This document shows, piece by piece, positions 45,901 to 54,448 of a stretch of DNA of 64,000 bases. The stretch is from NCBI GenBank assembly GCA_038231275.1, contig JBBRLQ010000001.1:672001-736000 (forward strand), in the 5' to 3' direction. The notes under the pieces are model-generated. The model saw only the letters and a list, made by a program, of their open reading frames with translations, made no database searches and was not told where the DNA came from. Both the position numbers and the translations under genes were made by a program. Position 1 is the first letter of the stretch; each line of letters starts with the position of its first letter. The stretch is from Polyangiales bacterium. Lineage in GTDB: Bacteria > Myxococcota_A > Polyangia > Polyangiales > Polyangiaceae.

Positions 45901-47322
45901 GCCGGGGACGTCGTCGACGCCCGAAGCGTGCAAGAGGCGCCAGCCCGGCGGCAAATGCAGCTCGCCGCTGACCTGATGGAAGTCGTGCTTCCACCCGACC
46001 GCCGGCACGTCGCTCGGATCTCCGGTGAGCCGGCTGTCCGCGCTCACGTCGAGCGCGCCCTGGCGGATCTCGACGCCGCGAAAATTCGCGTCGCCGAGGT
46101 GCGTGATGAACTGGTTCGCGTTCCGCGTGGATACGCGTCCGAGGACCGTGGGCGGCGCCATCTCGAGGCGCGAGTCGCGCGTGAGGGAGCCGTGGACGCT
46201 GTCCGAGATCGTGTAGCCGGAGCCGTCGAAATCGAGCCAGAGGTTTCGGACGAGCGTGAGCTGGTTCGGCGGAGGATCGGCGTCGCCACGCCGCCTCTCG
46301 ACGAAGCGCATCACGTCGCCGAGCTTCATAGGGTACGCGGGCAGGCGCTTCCAGTCCGCGGGCAACGTCGTCTGCTGGGGATCGATCGCCGGCACGCCCT
46401 CGACGTCGACCACGCGCAGATCGTTCTTCGCCTCGAAGACCCACACCTCGTCGCCCTCGCGCCACGGGCCTTCGGGCTTGGGCCGTGCGAGCTCCTTCTT
46501 CACGCCCTCGCCGCGGGCGATCAGCATGATCTGCCACGTCCCCGGCCGGAGCTGCACGCGCAAGCGACCGTCCGCCTCGACGCGCGCGGGCAGCGGCGTC
46601 TCGAGCGACATCGGCACGAAGCCGTCGGGGAGCGTCTTGCCGAGGAGGACCTCGCGGCTCTTGCCGGCCACGTCGACCTCGATGCGCGTCGTAAGGACGA
46701 GCGGGATCTCGTCGGTCACCTTGCGGTGCACGGTGATCTCGAGCTTCTCGCCCTCCTCTTTCTCTGCGCTCTTGTGAAGCCACACGACGCCGCTCGCGTC
46801 GCGGCTCGGTGCGTCGACGCGCGCGCCGCGCAGGGTGAGCGCGAGGAGGCCGGTGCTCGGGGGGATCTGGAGCGACTCGGGAGGCGAGTCCCAGAGGAAC
46901 GATCCGGTGACGGTCTGATCGCCCTTGTCGAGCTCGACCTGCGGCACACCGTCACGCGCGACGACCACGCCGCGCGCGGCGCCGATCTTCACGTCGAGCG
47001 GCCAGCGCTTCTCGTCACCGGGGAGGCGCACGAGCTGCTTCGCCTCGACGTGCCACGTCTGCGTGAAGCGCCCGCCCTTCGCGTCGATGGCGAGCGCGAG
47101 CTTGCCGGGCCACGCGCACTCGCGCGCGTTCGCGTCGCCGGAGCGGAACGCGGTGCACGACTCTGCTTCGTGACCGCGCATCGCCCATGGCAACCACGGC
47201 TTGAGCTCGCCGGGTACGTCCTTGGCGTCGAGCGGCGCGGCTTCCGCGATTTGCGGAGCGCAGAAAAAAGTGAACAGCAGCGCGACCACGAGCGCGCACC
47301 ATGTCTGAGTCGGGATCCGCAT
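42964..47322 (-). CDS. Large (1452 aa) integral membrane protein of unknown function, internally duplicated
   Basis: GGAGGAG RBS and signal peptide. Two long beta-rich extracytoplasmic regions are each followed by a cluster of TM helices. Pro-rich tail. Confidence 0.85.
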   Translation of the reverse strand: MRIPTQTWCALVVALLFTFFCAPQIAEAAPLDAKDVPGELKPWLPWAMRGHEAESCTAFRSGDANARECAWPGKLALAIDAKGGRFTQTWHVEAKQLVRLPGDEKRWPLDVKIGAARGVVVARDGVPQVELDKGDQTVTGSFLWDSPPESLQIPPSTGLLALTLRGARVDAPSRDASGVVWLHKSAEKEEGEKLEITVHRKVTDEIPLVLTTRIEVDVAGKSREVLLGKTLPDGFVPMSLETPLPARVEADGRLRVQLRPGTWQIMLIARGEGVKKELARPKPEGPWREGDEVWVFEAKNDLRVVDVEGVPAIDPQQTTLPADWKRLPAYPMKLGDVMRFVERRRGDADPPPNQLTLVRNLWLDFDGSGYTISDSVHGSLTRDSRLEMAPPTVLGRVSTRNANQFITHLGDANFRGVEIRQGALDVSADSRLTGDPSDVPAVGWKHDFHQVSGELHLPPGWRLLHASGVDDVPGTWVRHWSLFELFLALVLALAIGRLYGVAWGGLALVMLGLTFPEANAPKWAWVAVLAFEALVRVLPNGAVSKLLRVGRIGALAVLVIVSLPFLVHHVREGMYPALANPGAMMTTVDALAVGDVSATRSSIDQDGKNEPAPIELAKKADLGAKAAEAEANDEPAAPPAAKAGDVPAQAAQLAPTRQAWAQGQGSDAQKSKGGRGSSYGYLQLNAETYDPNAIVQTGPGLPKWNWTTVSLKWSGPVESTQRIKLMLLSPAVNLALAFLRAALVVLLVLRMFPFVDRFLPPALRRRGVAIGATVAVALVVLLAPRIAGAQGFPPKDLLDDLRDRTLAPPTCQPTCVSSGRMLLEVRGKTLRARMDVDALARTAFVLPGSPEQWTPDSVTLDGQPAKALLRTDGGKLWLAVDAGSHQVLVEGPMPDREIVQLALTTKPHRVEAIAEGWTVAGLHEDGLSDDNLQFTRIHGAGAAGAGASLQPGVLPPFVRIERTLRLGLNWQVETRVVRATPLGAAIVLEVPLLPGESVTTADVRVVGGKALVNMAPSATDVSWRSVLEQKSPIKLVAPKSLAATESWRIDVGPIWHASPKGIPFVHTAATALPEWRPWPGEEAVVEISRPEGVAGQSLTIDHVAYDVSPGLRATDASATLTIRASRGLPHTVTLPDGAQLESLAINGAVQPIRQEGRKVTVPIVPGTQTIRLAWRQPDGIAPMFRAPELDLGAPSVNVETTIAPQGGRWILLLGGPRMGPAVLFWSLLLVLLVVAAALGRVTWTPLKTWHWMLLAIGLSQVDVAAGAIVVGWLLALGWREKKTTLPGGALTFDLRQVGLVLWTAVALVVLVISVHQGLLGAPEMQIQGNGCSGSHLAWYQDRAGNVPQAAWVVSVPILVYRGVMLLWALWVALAVLRWLRWGWTAFTTDGAWKALPKPPPRPPMAPVAGYGPPPPYGPPPYGPPHGPPAPPQAPPQAAPPQGPPEPEEPPKI

Positions 47323-47563
47323 GGCTCCTCCGCGCTGTGGGACGGCCGGAGGCTAGCTTGGATCTCGAGAGCGCATCCTTTTTCCCCAGAATCGTGCTGC
47401 GCAGCTCGAGCAGATTGTTCCTTCGCGTTGCTCAACCTGCGCAATCCATGGCGCGTTGGCGACGCGAACCGCGCCGTTAGCGACCGCCGCGGGATGGCAC
47501 GCCTCGTGTAGATAGGATGTACAAGCGCGCTCGTTGCGCCCCCTTTGTCCCACGGAGACCGAC

Positions 47564-47677
47564 ATGGCCCTGCGATTCGATGCACCGTTCTGGGGAGTTC
47601 TGATCGCCTGCGTCTTCGCGGGCGCCTGCGCTGCGCTCATCGGCGTCGCGGCGCACGCCGCGGGCATGGGAGGCTGA
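47564..47677 (+). CDS. Candidate 37-aa single-TM small protein
   Basis: Below the ORF-track size cutoff. GGAGA RBS, sequence MALRFDAPFWGVLIACVFAGACAALIGVAAHAAGMGG, GC3-rich codons. Confidence 0.5.
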   Translation: MALRFDAPFWGVLIACVFAGACAALIGVAAHAAGMGG

Positions 47678-47718
47678 GGTCGGGGCTGAGGTCGTGGCTG
47701 AGGTCGGGCTGAGGTCGG
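47672..47718. repeat. Short tandem repeat GGCTGAGGTCG(N), 4 copies, between convergent genes
   Basis: Units start at 47672, 47684, 47696 and 47707. Confidence 0.85.
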
Positions 47719-47723
47719 ACGAG

Positions 47724-49127
47724 TCAGCGACGCCGCACGACGCCGCGCGAGAGGAGCCGCGTCGCGATCGGCATCAGCTGCGCGGACGGGATCTTCAGCG
47801 CCTCGGCGATCGCCGCCAGGGTCGCGAAGCCATCGATGCGCGACAGTACGATGCCCTCGCGGGCTTCGAGCTTGAGCGTCGCGAGGTGGGCCTTGTTGAC
47901 GGTGATCTCGAGAACCGAGTCGATCCCAAGCGCGCCCAATCGCCCTCGCGGCGCCGGCGCGGGGGCGGGCGCAGCGGGACGGACGCTCGCGGGGCGGCGC
48001 GGCGCGTCGAGCGACTCGCTTCGCGGTGGCTCCGCACCGTCCTCCACCCGAGGATCGCGGCGCTTCGCAAGCGGCCTCTCCGAGACGCGTCCGCGCGGAG
48101 GTGATGAGATCGGCGCGGGCCGCGCCTTTTCTGCCGCCTTTCGCCTCGCCGTCGCGGCGGCCGGCATCGTCGAGCGCCTGGACCTCGGAACGGCCTCCGG
48201 CGGCGCGGGTGGTGGATGGGACGTGGGCGCGCGCGCCCTCAGCAGGAGCGGCGGCGGGATCGCCCGAACGATCGACGACACGTAGCGCCGCTCCGCTGTG
48301 TCCACCTCGGCGAGGTCGAGGCGTCGGCCCGCGTTGGTGCCGCTGAGGACGATCACCCGAGGGCGTAGCGGCTCCTTCGCGTTGGCGCGAACGACGAGCG
48401 CCGGGTCGCGGCTCGAGAGCTCCACGGTCGTCCCCGGCGGGAACACGCCGAGCGCCCGCATGAACCTCGCGACCAGGCCGACCTCGAAATATTTGCCCTC
48501 GAGCGACAGCGCGGTCGCCAGCACCTGCTCGGGCTCGTCGCAGCGCCCGTCGATCGACGCTCGCTTGCGATCCACGAAGCTCGCAAGCGAGACGAGCCGC
48601 ACCAGCGACGTCGGCGCCTCGTTCGACGCGAGCTCGGGATAACCCTTTCCGTCGACGCCGCGATGATGCTCGAGGGCCGTCGCGATCCACAGCGGCGGGC
48701 AACTCGCGGCGAGCAGGCCTCGCGCGCCGAGGACGGAGTGCTGGCGAAACACCGCCCGACCCGCCTCGTCGAGGAGAGGCTCCGGCACACCGGACAGCTC
48801 CTTGGGAAGGAGGAGATGCCCGACGTCGTGGAGCAAGGCAGCGGCGGTGATCTCGACGCAGATCTCTTGCGCGTGCTCGGCCTCGAGGGCGAGCGCCGCG
48901 GTCACGAACGCGGTGTTCGTCGCGTGCGCGGCGTGGTCGGGGAGGCCCTTCGCGTAGCTGCGGGGGTCGAGCGTGAAGGAGCGCGCGGCGACGCGGGCGA
49001 CGATCTCACGGGCCTGCGCGCGCACCGTATTTTGGTTCACCTCGGCGCCGCGCTCGATCGCGCGCCCGGCGTCGGCGAGGAGCTCGTCGACCTGAGGGAC
49101 GAGGAATGTCGCGGCGTCGCCCGTCAC
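47724..49127 (-). CDS. HD-GYP domain protein (degenerate) with C-terminal wHTH-like segment
   Basis: GTG start overlaps the upstream stop. Motifs AALLHDVGH, QHSVLG, EHHRGVDGKGYP and FMRALGVFPPGTTVELS. Confidence 0.82.
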   Translation of the reverse strand: MTGDAATFLVPQVDELLADAGRAIERGAEVNQNTVRAQAREIVARVAARSFTLDPRSYAKGLPDHAAHATNTAFVTAALALEAEHAQEICVEITAAALLHDVGHLLLPKELSGVPEPLLDEAGRAVFRQHSVLGARGLLAASCPPLWIATALEHHRGVDGKGYPELASNEAPTSLVRLVSLASFVDRKRASIDGRCDEPEQVLATALSLEGKYFEVGLVARFMRALGVFPPGTTVELSSRDPALVVRANAKEPLRPRVIVLSGTNAGRRLDLAEVDTAERRYVSSIVRAIPPPLLLRARAPTSHPPPAPPEAVPRSRRSTMPAAATARRKAAEKARPAPISSPPRGRVSERPLAKRRDPRVEDGAEPPRSESLDAPRRPASVRPAAPAPAPAPRGRLGALGIDSVLEITVNKAHLATLKLEAREGIVLSRIDGFATLAAIAEALKIPSAQLMPIATRLLSRGVVRRR

Positions 49128-51256
49128 GAGCCCCCCTCCGCGCGCTCGCACGAGCGCCGGACGCGCCGCACGGACGACGCGAGGCCCTCGGCGAACAGAC
49201 GCTTCCCTGCCTCGCTCGGCGACGCGTACAGCGCGGCCGCCGCGACGTCGCGCATCGCCGTGACGGCGTTCGACTCGATGAGCTTCCCCGGCTGCATGAA
49301 GCGAAAGAGGGCCTCGGCGGCTTCGTCGATCGTGCCCTGCCCCAGCGCTCCGAGCGCCGCGTGCCGGAGATTGTCGTCCTGCTTCTCGTCCTTCGCGATC
49401 CGCTCGAGGCGCGGGACGGCGGCGCTCCCGACGACCAGATCGGTCCCGTCCAGCATCGCGCGCGCGAGCGGTCGCACCTCGAGCGACGGATCGTTCAGGT
49501 ATCCGATGACGATGTCGAGCGTGACCTCGTCGGCGGGCATCGTGCGGAGCGCGCGGAGGATCTCTGCGCGAATGCGCTCGTCGGCGTGACGCGCGATCGG
49601 CATCAGATCGCGCGGCGTCGCGCCCACCCGCGCGGCGAGCTGGACGAAGCTCCGCACCACCTCCCACTTGGTCGACTTGAGGCGCGGCCGCACGAGCGGG
49701 ACGACCGCTGGCCCGACGGCGGGAAGCGCGTTCGAGAGGAGGAGGCGGAGCTTGCGGTTCTCCGTCTCCTCCATGAGCGTGCACGCCGCTTCGGCGTTCT
49801 GGCGCACCAGGCACTGCGCCAGCGCCCCGAGCTCGGCGAGCGCGCGCTCGTCGGCGTTGGCCACCGCGACGTCGAGCGCAGGGAGGAGCCGCGCGCCCGA
49901 CTCGCCCTGCGCGATCGCCTCGAGCGCGCGCACCGCGTACGGCTCGGACGGCCCACCGACCGCGCCGAGACCGCGCAAGAGCCCCAGCGTCGCCGCCGCA
50001 CCTCCCTGCTCCTCGATCGCGCGCGCGGCCGCCGGCAGTCGCTCGCACAGCTCCGGGAATCCCGGCACCGCGGCGCTCGCGGTCACGAGATCGGTCATTA
50101 CGCGCCCATAGTCGGGCTCCCCTTTGGTGACCGGGCTCGCCGTCGCTCCGCCACGAAGCGCAAATAACGGCCTCCGTGTCACGAGCGCCCGTCGCGCCGC
50201 GTCCCCCAGCAGCTCGCGCTCGGCGCGGAACGAGTCGAAGTCCGGCGCGGGGGCGCCGAGGTCCCCGAGCACGCGCGGCGCCTCGTCGTCCGGCACGTCG
50301 TAGAGGTGGAGGGCCATGCGCCGCACGATCGCGAGGCGCGCGCGCGGACGCGGCACGACGAGGCTGAGCGCATAGAGCACCGCGGTCGGCTCCGTCGCCT
50401 CCGCGCGAATCGCCGGAAACGCGAACGACGCGAGCTGGTCCTCGGTGAGCGCGCCGAGCGCCCACATGAGAGCTCCGCGCAGCTCGAACGCGAGCGCGGG
50501 GAAGCCGAGCAACACGCGCGACTTCGATTCGGGCGAAAGCGCGCGAAGCACGTCGCCCATCGCATCGGACGGCTCGCGTCGCCGCCGGCTCCCATGGTTC
50601 TGCGCCAGCTGCGCGAGCGCCGCTGCTCCTTCGGCGACGCCGCCTCGCGACTCGTCCTCGACGATGCTCGCCGCGACGTCTGCGCGTTCGAGCAGCTCGC
50701 CGAGCTTTCCCACGTCCACGTCGATCGGGAGCTGCGCGATGATCGCGCGCGAGGAGTCGGCGAAGAATCGCTTCAGCTCTTCGCGATCGCGTCCCTCCTG
50801 TCGCTCGTCATCCGCCAGCGCGCCGTCCACCTCCTCGACCTCGACCCGTGAGACACCCCGCTCGCGCGCGATCTGCGCGAGGCCGCCCGCTTCGGCGATC
50901 TTGTGCGGCAGGGGGAGGAGGAGATCGACGAACGTCGCCAGCTCGGCCCGAGAGATCCCGGGGGCGAAGCGCACGAGGCGCGCGCCGCGCGCGTAGAGGA
51001 ACGGCGCCATGCGCGTGCGCACCGTCGGATGCACCGCCGGCACGCCGCCCACGAAGGCGTCGTCCCGCGTGATCGCGTACTCCACCGGTGTGCCGTGCAC
51101 CAGCGCGCGCGCCAGACTCTTGTGCGTCTCGTCCGCCAGCGCCGCGCAGCTCGGGTGGCCCGCCGAATACTGCCGCGCGCGCGCGAGCCAGCGAGCAAGG
51201 TCCAGGAGAACCTGCTCCTGAACGCTCACGCTCAGGCTGCTCGACTTGTCGCTCAC
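49124..51256 (-). CDS. HEAT-repeat protein with N-terminal domain of the type found with deltaproteobacterial HD-GYP proteins
   Basis: ARQYSAGHP...FLYARGARLVRFAPGISRAEL, then C-terminal HEAT repeats (WEVVR, HADERIR, LNDPSLEVR). Confidence 0.78.
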   Translation of the reverse strand: MSDKSSSLSVSVQEQVLLDLARWLARARQYSAGHPSCAALADETHKSLARALVHGTPVEYAITRDDAFVGGVPAVHPTVRTRMAPFLYARGARLVRFAPGISRAELATFVDLLLPLPHKIAEAGGLAQIARERGVSRVEVEEVDGALADDERQEGRDREELKRFFADSSRAIIAQLPIDVDVGKLGELLERADVAASIVEDESRGGVAEGAAALAQLAQNHGSRRRREPSDAMGDVLRALSPESKSRVLLGFPALAFELRGALMWALGALTEDQLASFAFPAIRAEATEPTAVLYALSLVVPRPRARLAIVRRMALHLYDVPDDEAPRVLGDLGAPAPDFDSFRAERELLGDAARRALVTRRPLFALRGGATASPVTKGEPDYGRVMTDLVTASAAVPGFPELCERLPAAARAIEEQGGAAATLGLLRGLGAVGGPSEPYAVRALEAIAQGESGARLLPALDVAVANADERALAELGALAQCLVRQNAEAACTLMEETENRKLRLLLSNALPAVGPAVVPLVRPRLKSTKWEVVRSFVQLAARVGATPRDLMPIARHADERIRAEILRALRTMPADEVTLDIVIGYLNDPSLEVRPLARAMLDGTDLVVGSAAVPRLERIAKDEKQDDNLRHAALGALGQGTIDEAAEALFRFMQPGKLIESNAVTAMRDVAAAALYASPSEAGKRLFAEGLASSVRRVRRSCERAEGGS

Positions 51257-51343
51257 CCCGTCAGGATACTAATGCAGAAGGCGGACCGGCAGCTTCGATG
51301 CATTTACCAGCTGCCAGGGCGGGCGGCGCCTCACGGGCCTCGG

Positions 51344-51414
51344 TTCCAGCGCATGGATTCGAACCATGATAAGCGGAATCAAAATCCGCTGTCCTGCCAT
51401 TAGACGACGCCGGA
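51344..51414 (-). tRNA. tRNA-Gln (anticodon UUG)
   Basis: Minus strand reads TCCGGCGTCGTCTAATGGCAGGACAGCGGATTTTGATTCCGCTTATCATGGTTCGAATCCATGCGCTGGAA. It has a 7-bp acceptor stem with U1-A72, a GCGGA/TCCGC anticodon stem and a GTTCGAATC T-loop. It is followed by CCG, so CCA is not fully encoded. Confidence 0.95.
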
Positions 51415-51479
51415 GGGACGCATCAAACGGTAGCCGCTGGGCCCCCCCCTTCGCAAGCCCCCGCCGGCGCGTCCGCGCC

Positions 51480-51836
51480 TCACTTGCACTTGCTCGTGGC
51501 CGTGAGGCAGTCGCCCGAGCAGCACTGCGTGCTCGATTGGCAACCCTGCCCGCTCTTGCCGCAGCCGAGCGCGTCGCCGTTGGCGTCCGCTGGCGGAGGC
51601 GCGGCGTCGATGGCGCCGTCGCCCAGGCTCGTGTCGGCGAGCGCGTCGGACGAAAACCCATCACCTGCACCGTCGGTTGTCACGACCGCATCCTGTCCGG
51701 CGTCGAAAGACGTGGGCGCGTCCGTGACCGCAGCCGCGTCGCGCGGGGGATAGTCGCTCGGCCCTTCGAACAGGACGCACGCCGAGGCGGGGCCGAGCGC
51801 GATCGCCGCCACCATTCCGGCTCGCCACCCCCGCAT
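51480..51836 (-). CDS. Small lipoprotein with acidic linker and knottin-like Cys tail
   Basis: ASAC lipobox and tail CGKSGQGCQSSTQCCSGDCLTATSKCK. Confidence 0.7.
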   Translation of the reverse strand: MRGWRAGMVAAIALGPASACVLFEGPSDYPPRDAAAVTDAPTSFDAGQDAVVTTDGAGDGFSSDALADTSLGDGAIDAAPPPADANGDALGCGKSGQGCQSSTQCCSGDCLTATSKCK

Positions 51837-51934
51837 TCCTCCAAAGTACCACGCTTTGCGCGGCAGTTACGCGGCGTTCCGAGGATGCGCGCGCCGCGGG
51901 AACTTCTCGAACGCGCCCCTGTCCCTTCTGCGAG

Positions 51935-52678
51935 ATGGCGCGACGGTCGGCGTTGATCGGAGGCGCGCCCGAAGGAGACGCAGAAAAAGACGCAGAAGAA
52001 TCGCACGACGAAACGGACGACGACGAAGACGAGTTTGCTCTCCGTGTCCATAGTTTGGCACCATGGCGCGACGTGGCGCTCCCCGAAGAGATCGAAGCAA
52101 AGCTGATCGAGCGCCTCATCGCGCGGGACGAGCGCGCATTCAACGAGCTCGTACGCGCGTACGAGCGCCGCGTGTTCGCGCTCGTCCTCCGCATGCTCGG
52201 CAATCGCGCGGAGGCAGAGGATCTCGCGCAAGAGGTCTTCGTCCAGGTCTTCAAGGCCATCGGCACGTTTCGCGGCGAGTCGAAGCTCTCCACGTGGGTC
52301 TACCGAATCGCCATCAACCTCTGCAAAAATAGGGCGAAATACCTCCGCGTCCGCCACACCGACGATCAGCAGGAGCTCGAGCTCGTCGCGGAGCGCGTGC
52401 CTCTCGGCGAGGCGCGGCGCGCCAACGTCGGCCAGGTCGAGCGCCCCGACGAGGCGCTCGCCGGTCGCCAGGTCGAGTACATCGTGCAGCAAGCCATCCT
52501 CGAGATCGACGAGAGCTTCCGCGAGTGCCTCGTCCTGCGCGACGTCGAGGAGATGAGCTACGAGGAGATCGAGGAGATCACAGGCCTCGCGGCGGGTACA
52601 GTGAAGAGCAGAATCCACCGTGCGCGCGCGATGCTCCGCGAGATCGTCGAGAAGCGGCTGGGGGAGAAGATCGGATGA
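51935..52678 (+). CDS. ECF RNA polymerase sigma factor
   Basis: AFNELVRAYERRVF, AEDLAQEVF, LSTWVYRIAINLC, LRDVEEMSYEEI and GTVKSRIHRAR. The true start may be GTG 52073. Confidence 0.92.
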   Translation: MARRSALIGGAPEGDAEKDAEESHDETDDDEDEFALRVHSLAPWRDVALPEEIEAKLIERLIARDERAFNELVRAYERRVFALVLRMLGNRAEAEDLAQEVFVQVFKAIGTFRGESKLSTWVYRIAINLCKNRAKYLRVRHTDDQQELELVAERVPLGEARRANVGQVERPDEALAGRQVEYIVQQAILEIDESFRECLVLRDVEEMSYEEIEEITGLAAGTVKSRIHRARAMLREIVEKRLGEKIG

Positions 52679-52968
52679 GCGCCGAAGAGGAAAAGACCGA
52701 CGAGCAGGATCGCGACTCCAAGGACGACGACGCGATCCGCGCGCTCCTCAAGCGGTCCTCCGACGCGGGGCCTGCCGGGGCGCCGCAGCCGGATCTTCTC
52801 CGCGGCGTGCAGAAGAAGATTCGCACGCGCTCGAAGGGGAAGTTCTACGCGGACGGCTGGAGCACCTCGCAGTCGCGCATCAACTACGGCCTCGTCGCGG
52901 TCGCGATGCTCGTCGTGATCGCGATCGCCTATTTCGCGCTCGGCCCGATGGGGATCACCGCACACTGA
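52675..52968 (+). CDS. Small single-TM protein, probable anti-sigma factor
   Basis: ATGA overlap with the sigma gene. DLLRGVQKKIRTRSKGKFY precedes a C-terminal TM helix. Confidence 0.7.
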   Translation: MSAEEEKTDEQDRDSKDDDAIRALLKRSSDAGPAGAPQPDLLRGVQKKIRTRSKGKFYADGWSTSQSRINYGLVAVAMLVVIAIAYFALGPMGITAH

Positions 52969-53017
52969 GTTGACCCATTCGAAGGACTCGTGGTGCCTGC
53001 AGGTTGCGTGCGAAGCG

Positions 53018-54319
53018 TCAGCCCACGCGCGCGCTGGCAGGAGGGGGCGTCGAGATCGTTCGGCCGACCGCGCTGGCGCCTTCGTTGCGGACGCTGGTGT
53101 CGTACGCCGGCAGGCCCATCCGCGCGGTGAGCGCCGCGGCGCAGAGCGCAAAGAGGGCGAAGATCGTCACGGTGCTCGCCACACCCGCCGACGTCGCGAT
53201 CGATCCGGCCACCGTCGCGCCGATCGACCACGCCCCGAGAAACGCGACCTGGTAGAGCGCGAGGACCCGTGACTTTACCCACGCGCCGGCGTTCAGCTGG
53301 ACGAGCGCGTTCATCGTCGTGAACGAAGAGAGCCACCCGACGCCCGCGGGGACCAGGAGCAGCGCGGCGACGGCGAGCGAGTGCGTGCGGCTGAACGCGA
53401 GGAGGCACACGCCGTACGTCGCCATCGCGCAGGCCACGAGCGTTCGCGCATGAACGGTCGCACGCAAGCGCTTGAGCACGAACGCCGCGAGGACCGCGCC
53501 CGCGCCGAGGCCTCCGACGACGACACCGTACCCACGCGCGTCGGTGCCGAGTTCGTGCTTCGCGAAGCTGGGGAGGAGCGCCGTCACGCCCGACGTCGCG
53601 AAGCCGAACGCCGCGACCGCGATGTAGCACCGCGACAGCTCGCGCGACCGACGCACCTCACGAAATGCCGCGAGCACCGCTTGGCGGAGTGGCTCGCGTC
53701 GACGGACGGTCTCGGCGCGCTCCGACGCTTGCCGGATGTGCGTGAACCCGTGGAGGACGGCGATGACGGCGAGGAAGCTCACCGCGTTCAAAAAGAACGC
53801 GACACCCGCGCCGAGGGCGCCAAGCAGCACGCCGCCCAGCGCCGGCCCGACCGCGCGCGCGAGGTTGAACGCGACGGAGTTGAGCGTGACCGCTTCGCCG
53901 GTCTGCGCGCGCGGAACCATGTCGGGGATGAGGGTCTGCCACGGCGGCGACGTCAGCGCCGAGCCAACGCCGAGCGCCGCGCTCGCGACGAGGAGCGCCT
54001 CCGGCGTGGCCCAGCCCGCCCACGTCCACACCGCCAGGCCGAGCGCCACCAGCGCCAGCCACGCCTGCGCCACGATGAGCAAGCGCCGCCGGTCCACGCG
54101 ATCCGCGAGAACACCCGCTGGCAGGGTCAACGCAAACGCGGGCAGCGTCATGCACGTCGACAGGAGCGCGACCGGCAGCGGGCTCTGCGTCAAGGACAGC
54201 ATGAGCCAGCTCTCGCCGACGTCTTGAACCCACGTGCCGACGTACGAGAAAATCGAGGCGATCCAGAGAGCCCGGAACGCAGGGTGATTCAGCGGGGAAC
54301 CGGACGTACTTGGTGGCAA
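53018..54319 (-). CDS. MFS transporter (MFS_3 / transmembrane secretion effector-like)
   Basis: FRALWIASIFSYVGTWVQ, GVLADRVDRRRLL, FNLARAVGPALGG and about 12 TM helices. Confidence 0.9.
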   Translation of the reverse strand: MPPSTSGSPLNHPAFRALWIASIFSYVGTWVQDVGESWLMLSLTQSPLPVALLSTCMTLPAFALTLPAGVLADRVDRRRLLIVAQAWLALVALGLAVWTWAGWATPEALLVASAALGVGSALTSPPWQTLIPDMVPRAQTGEAVTLNSVAFNLARAVGPALGGVLLGALGAGVAFFLNAVSFLAVIAVLHGFTHIRQASERAETVRRREPLRQAVLAAFREVRRSRELSRCYIAVAAFGFATSGVTALLPSFAKHELGTDARGYGVVVGGLGAGAVLAAFVLKRLRATVHARTLVACAMATYGVCLLAFSRTHSLAVAALLLVPAGVGWLSSFTTMNALVQLNAGAWVKSRVLALYQVAFLGAWSIGATVAGSIATSAGVASTVTIFALFALCAAALTARMGLPAYDTSVRNEGASAVGRTISTPPPASARVG

Positions 54320-54448
54320 AGCAAAAGCTCCTCCGAGCTTTACTCTAGGGTCGTACGGCCGCTTCGCAAGAGCGCATAAGGGTCGCGCAGGTGGGCAGCA
54401 GGTGGCCAGCAGGTGGGGCAGGAGCGCCCTCGCGCACCGCTCGCAGCT

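Noticed and set aside
49128-50465. N-terminal 446 aa of the 913-aa track ORF, suggesting a frameshift fusion with the HEAT gene
   Set aside because: It is an off-frame overlap with the HEAT CDS. A GTG start overlapping the HEAT stop at 49124-49127 explains the arrangement, and I see no slippery site.
51344-51414. tRNA-Gln as an integration site for a genomic island
   Set aside because: There is no integrase, I noticed no duplicated tRNA 3' end, and the flanking genes look native in composition.
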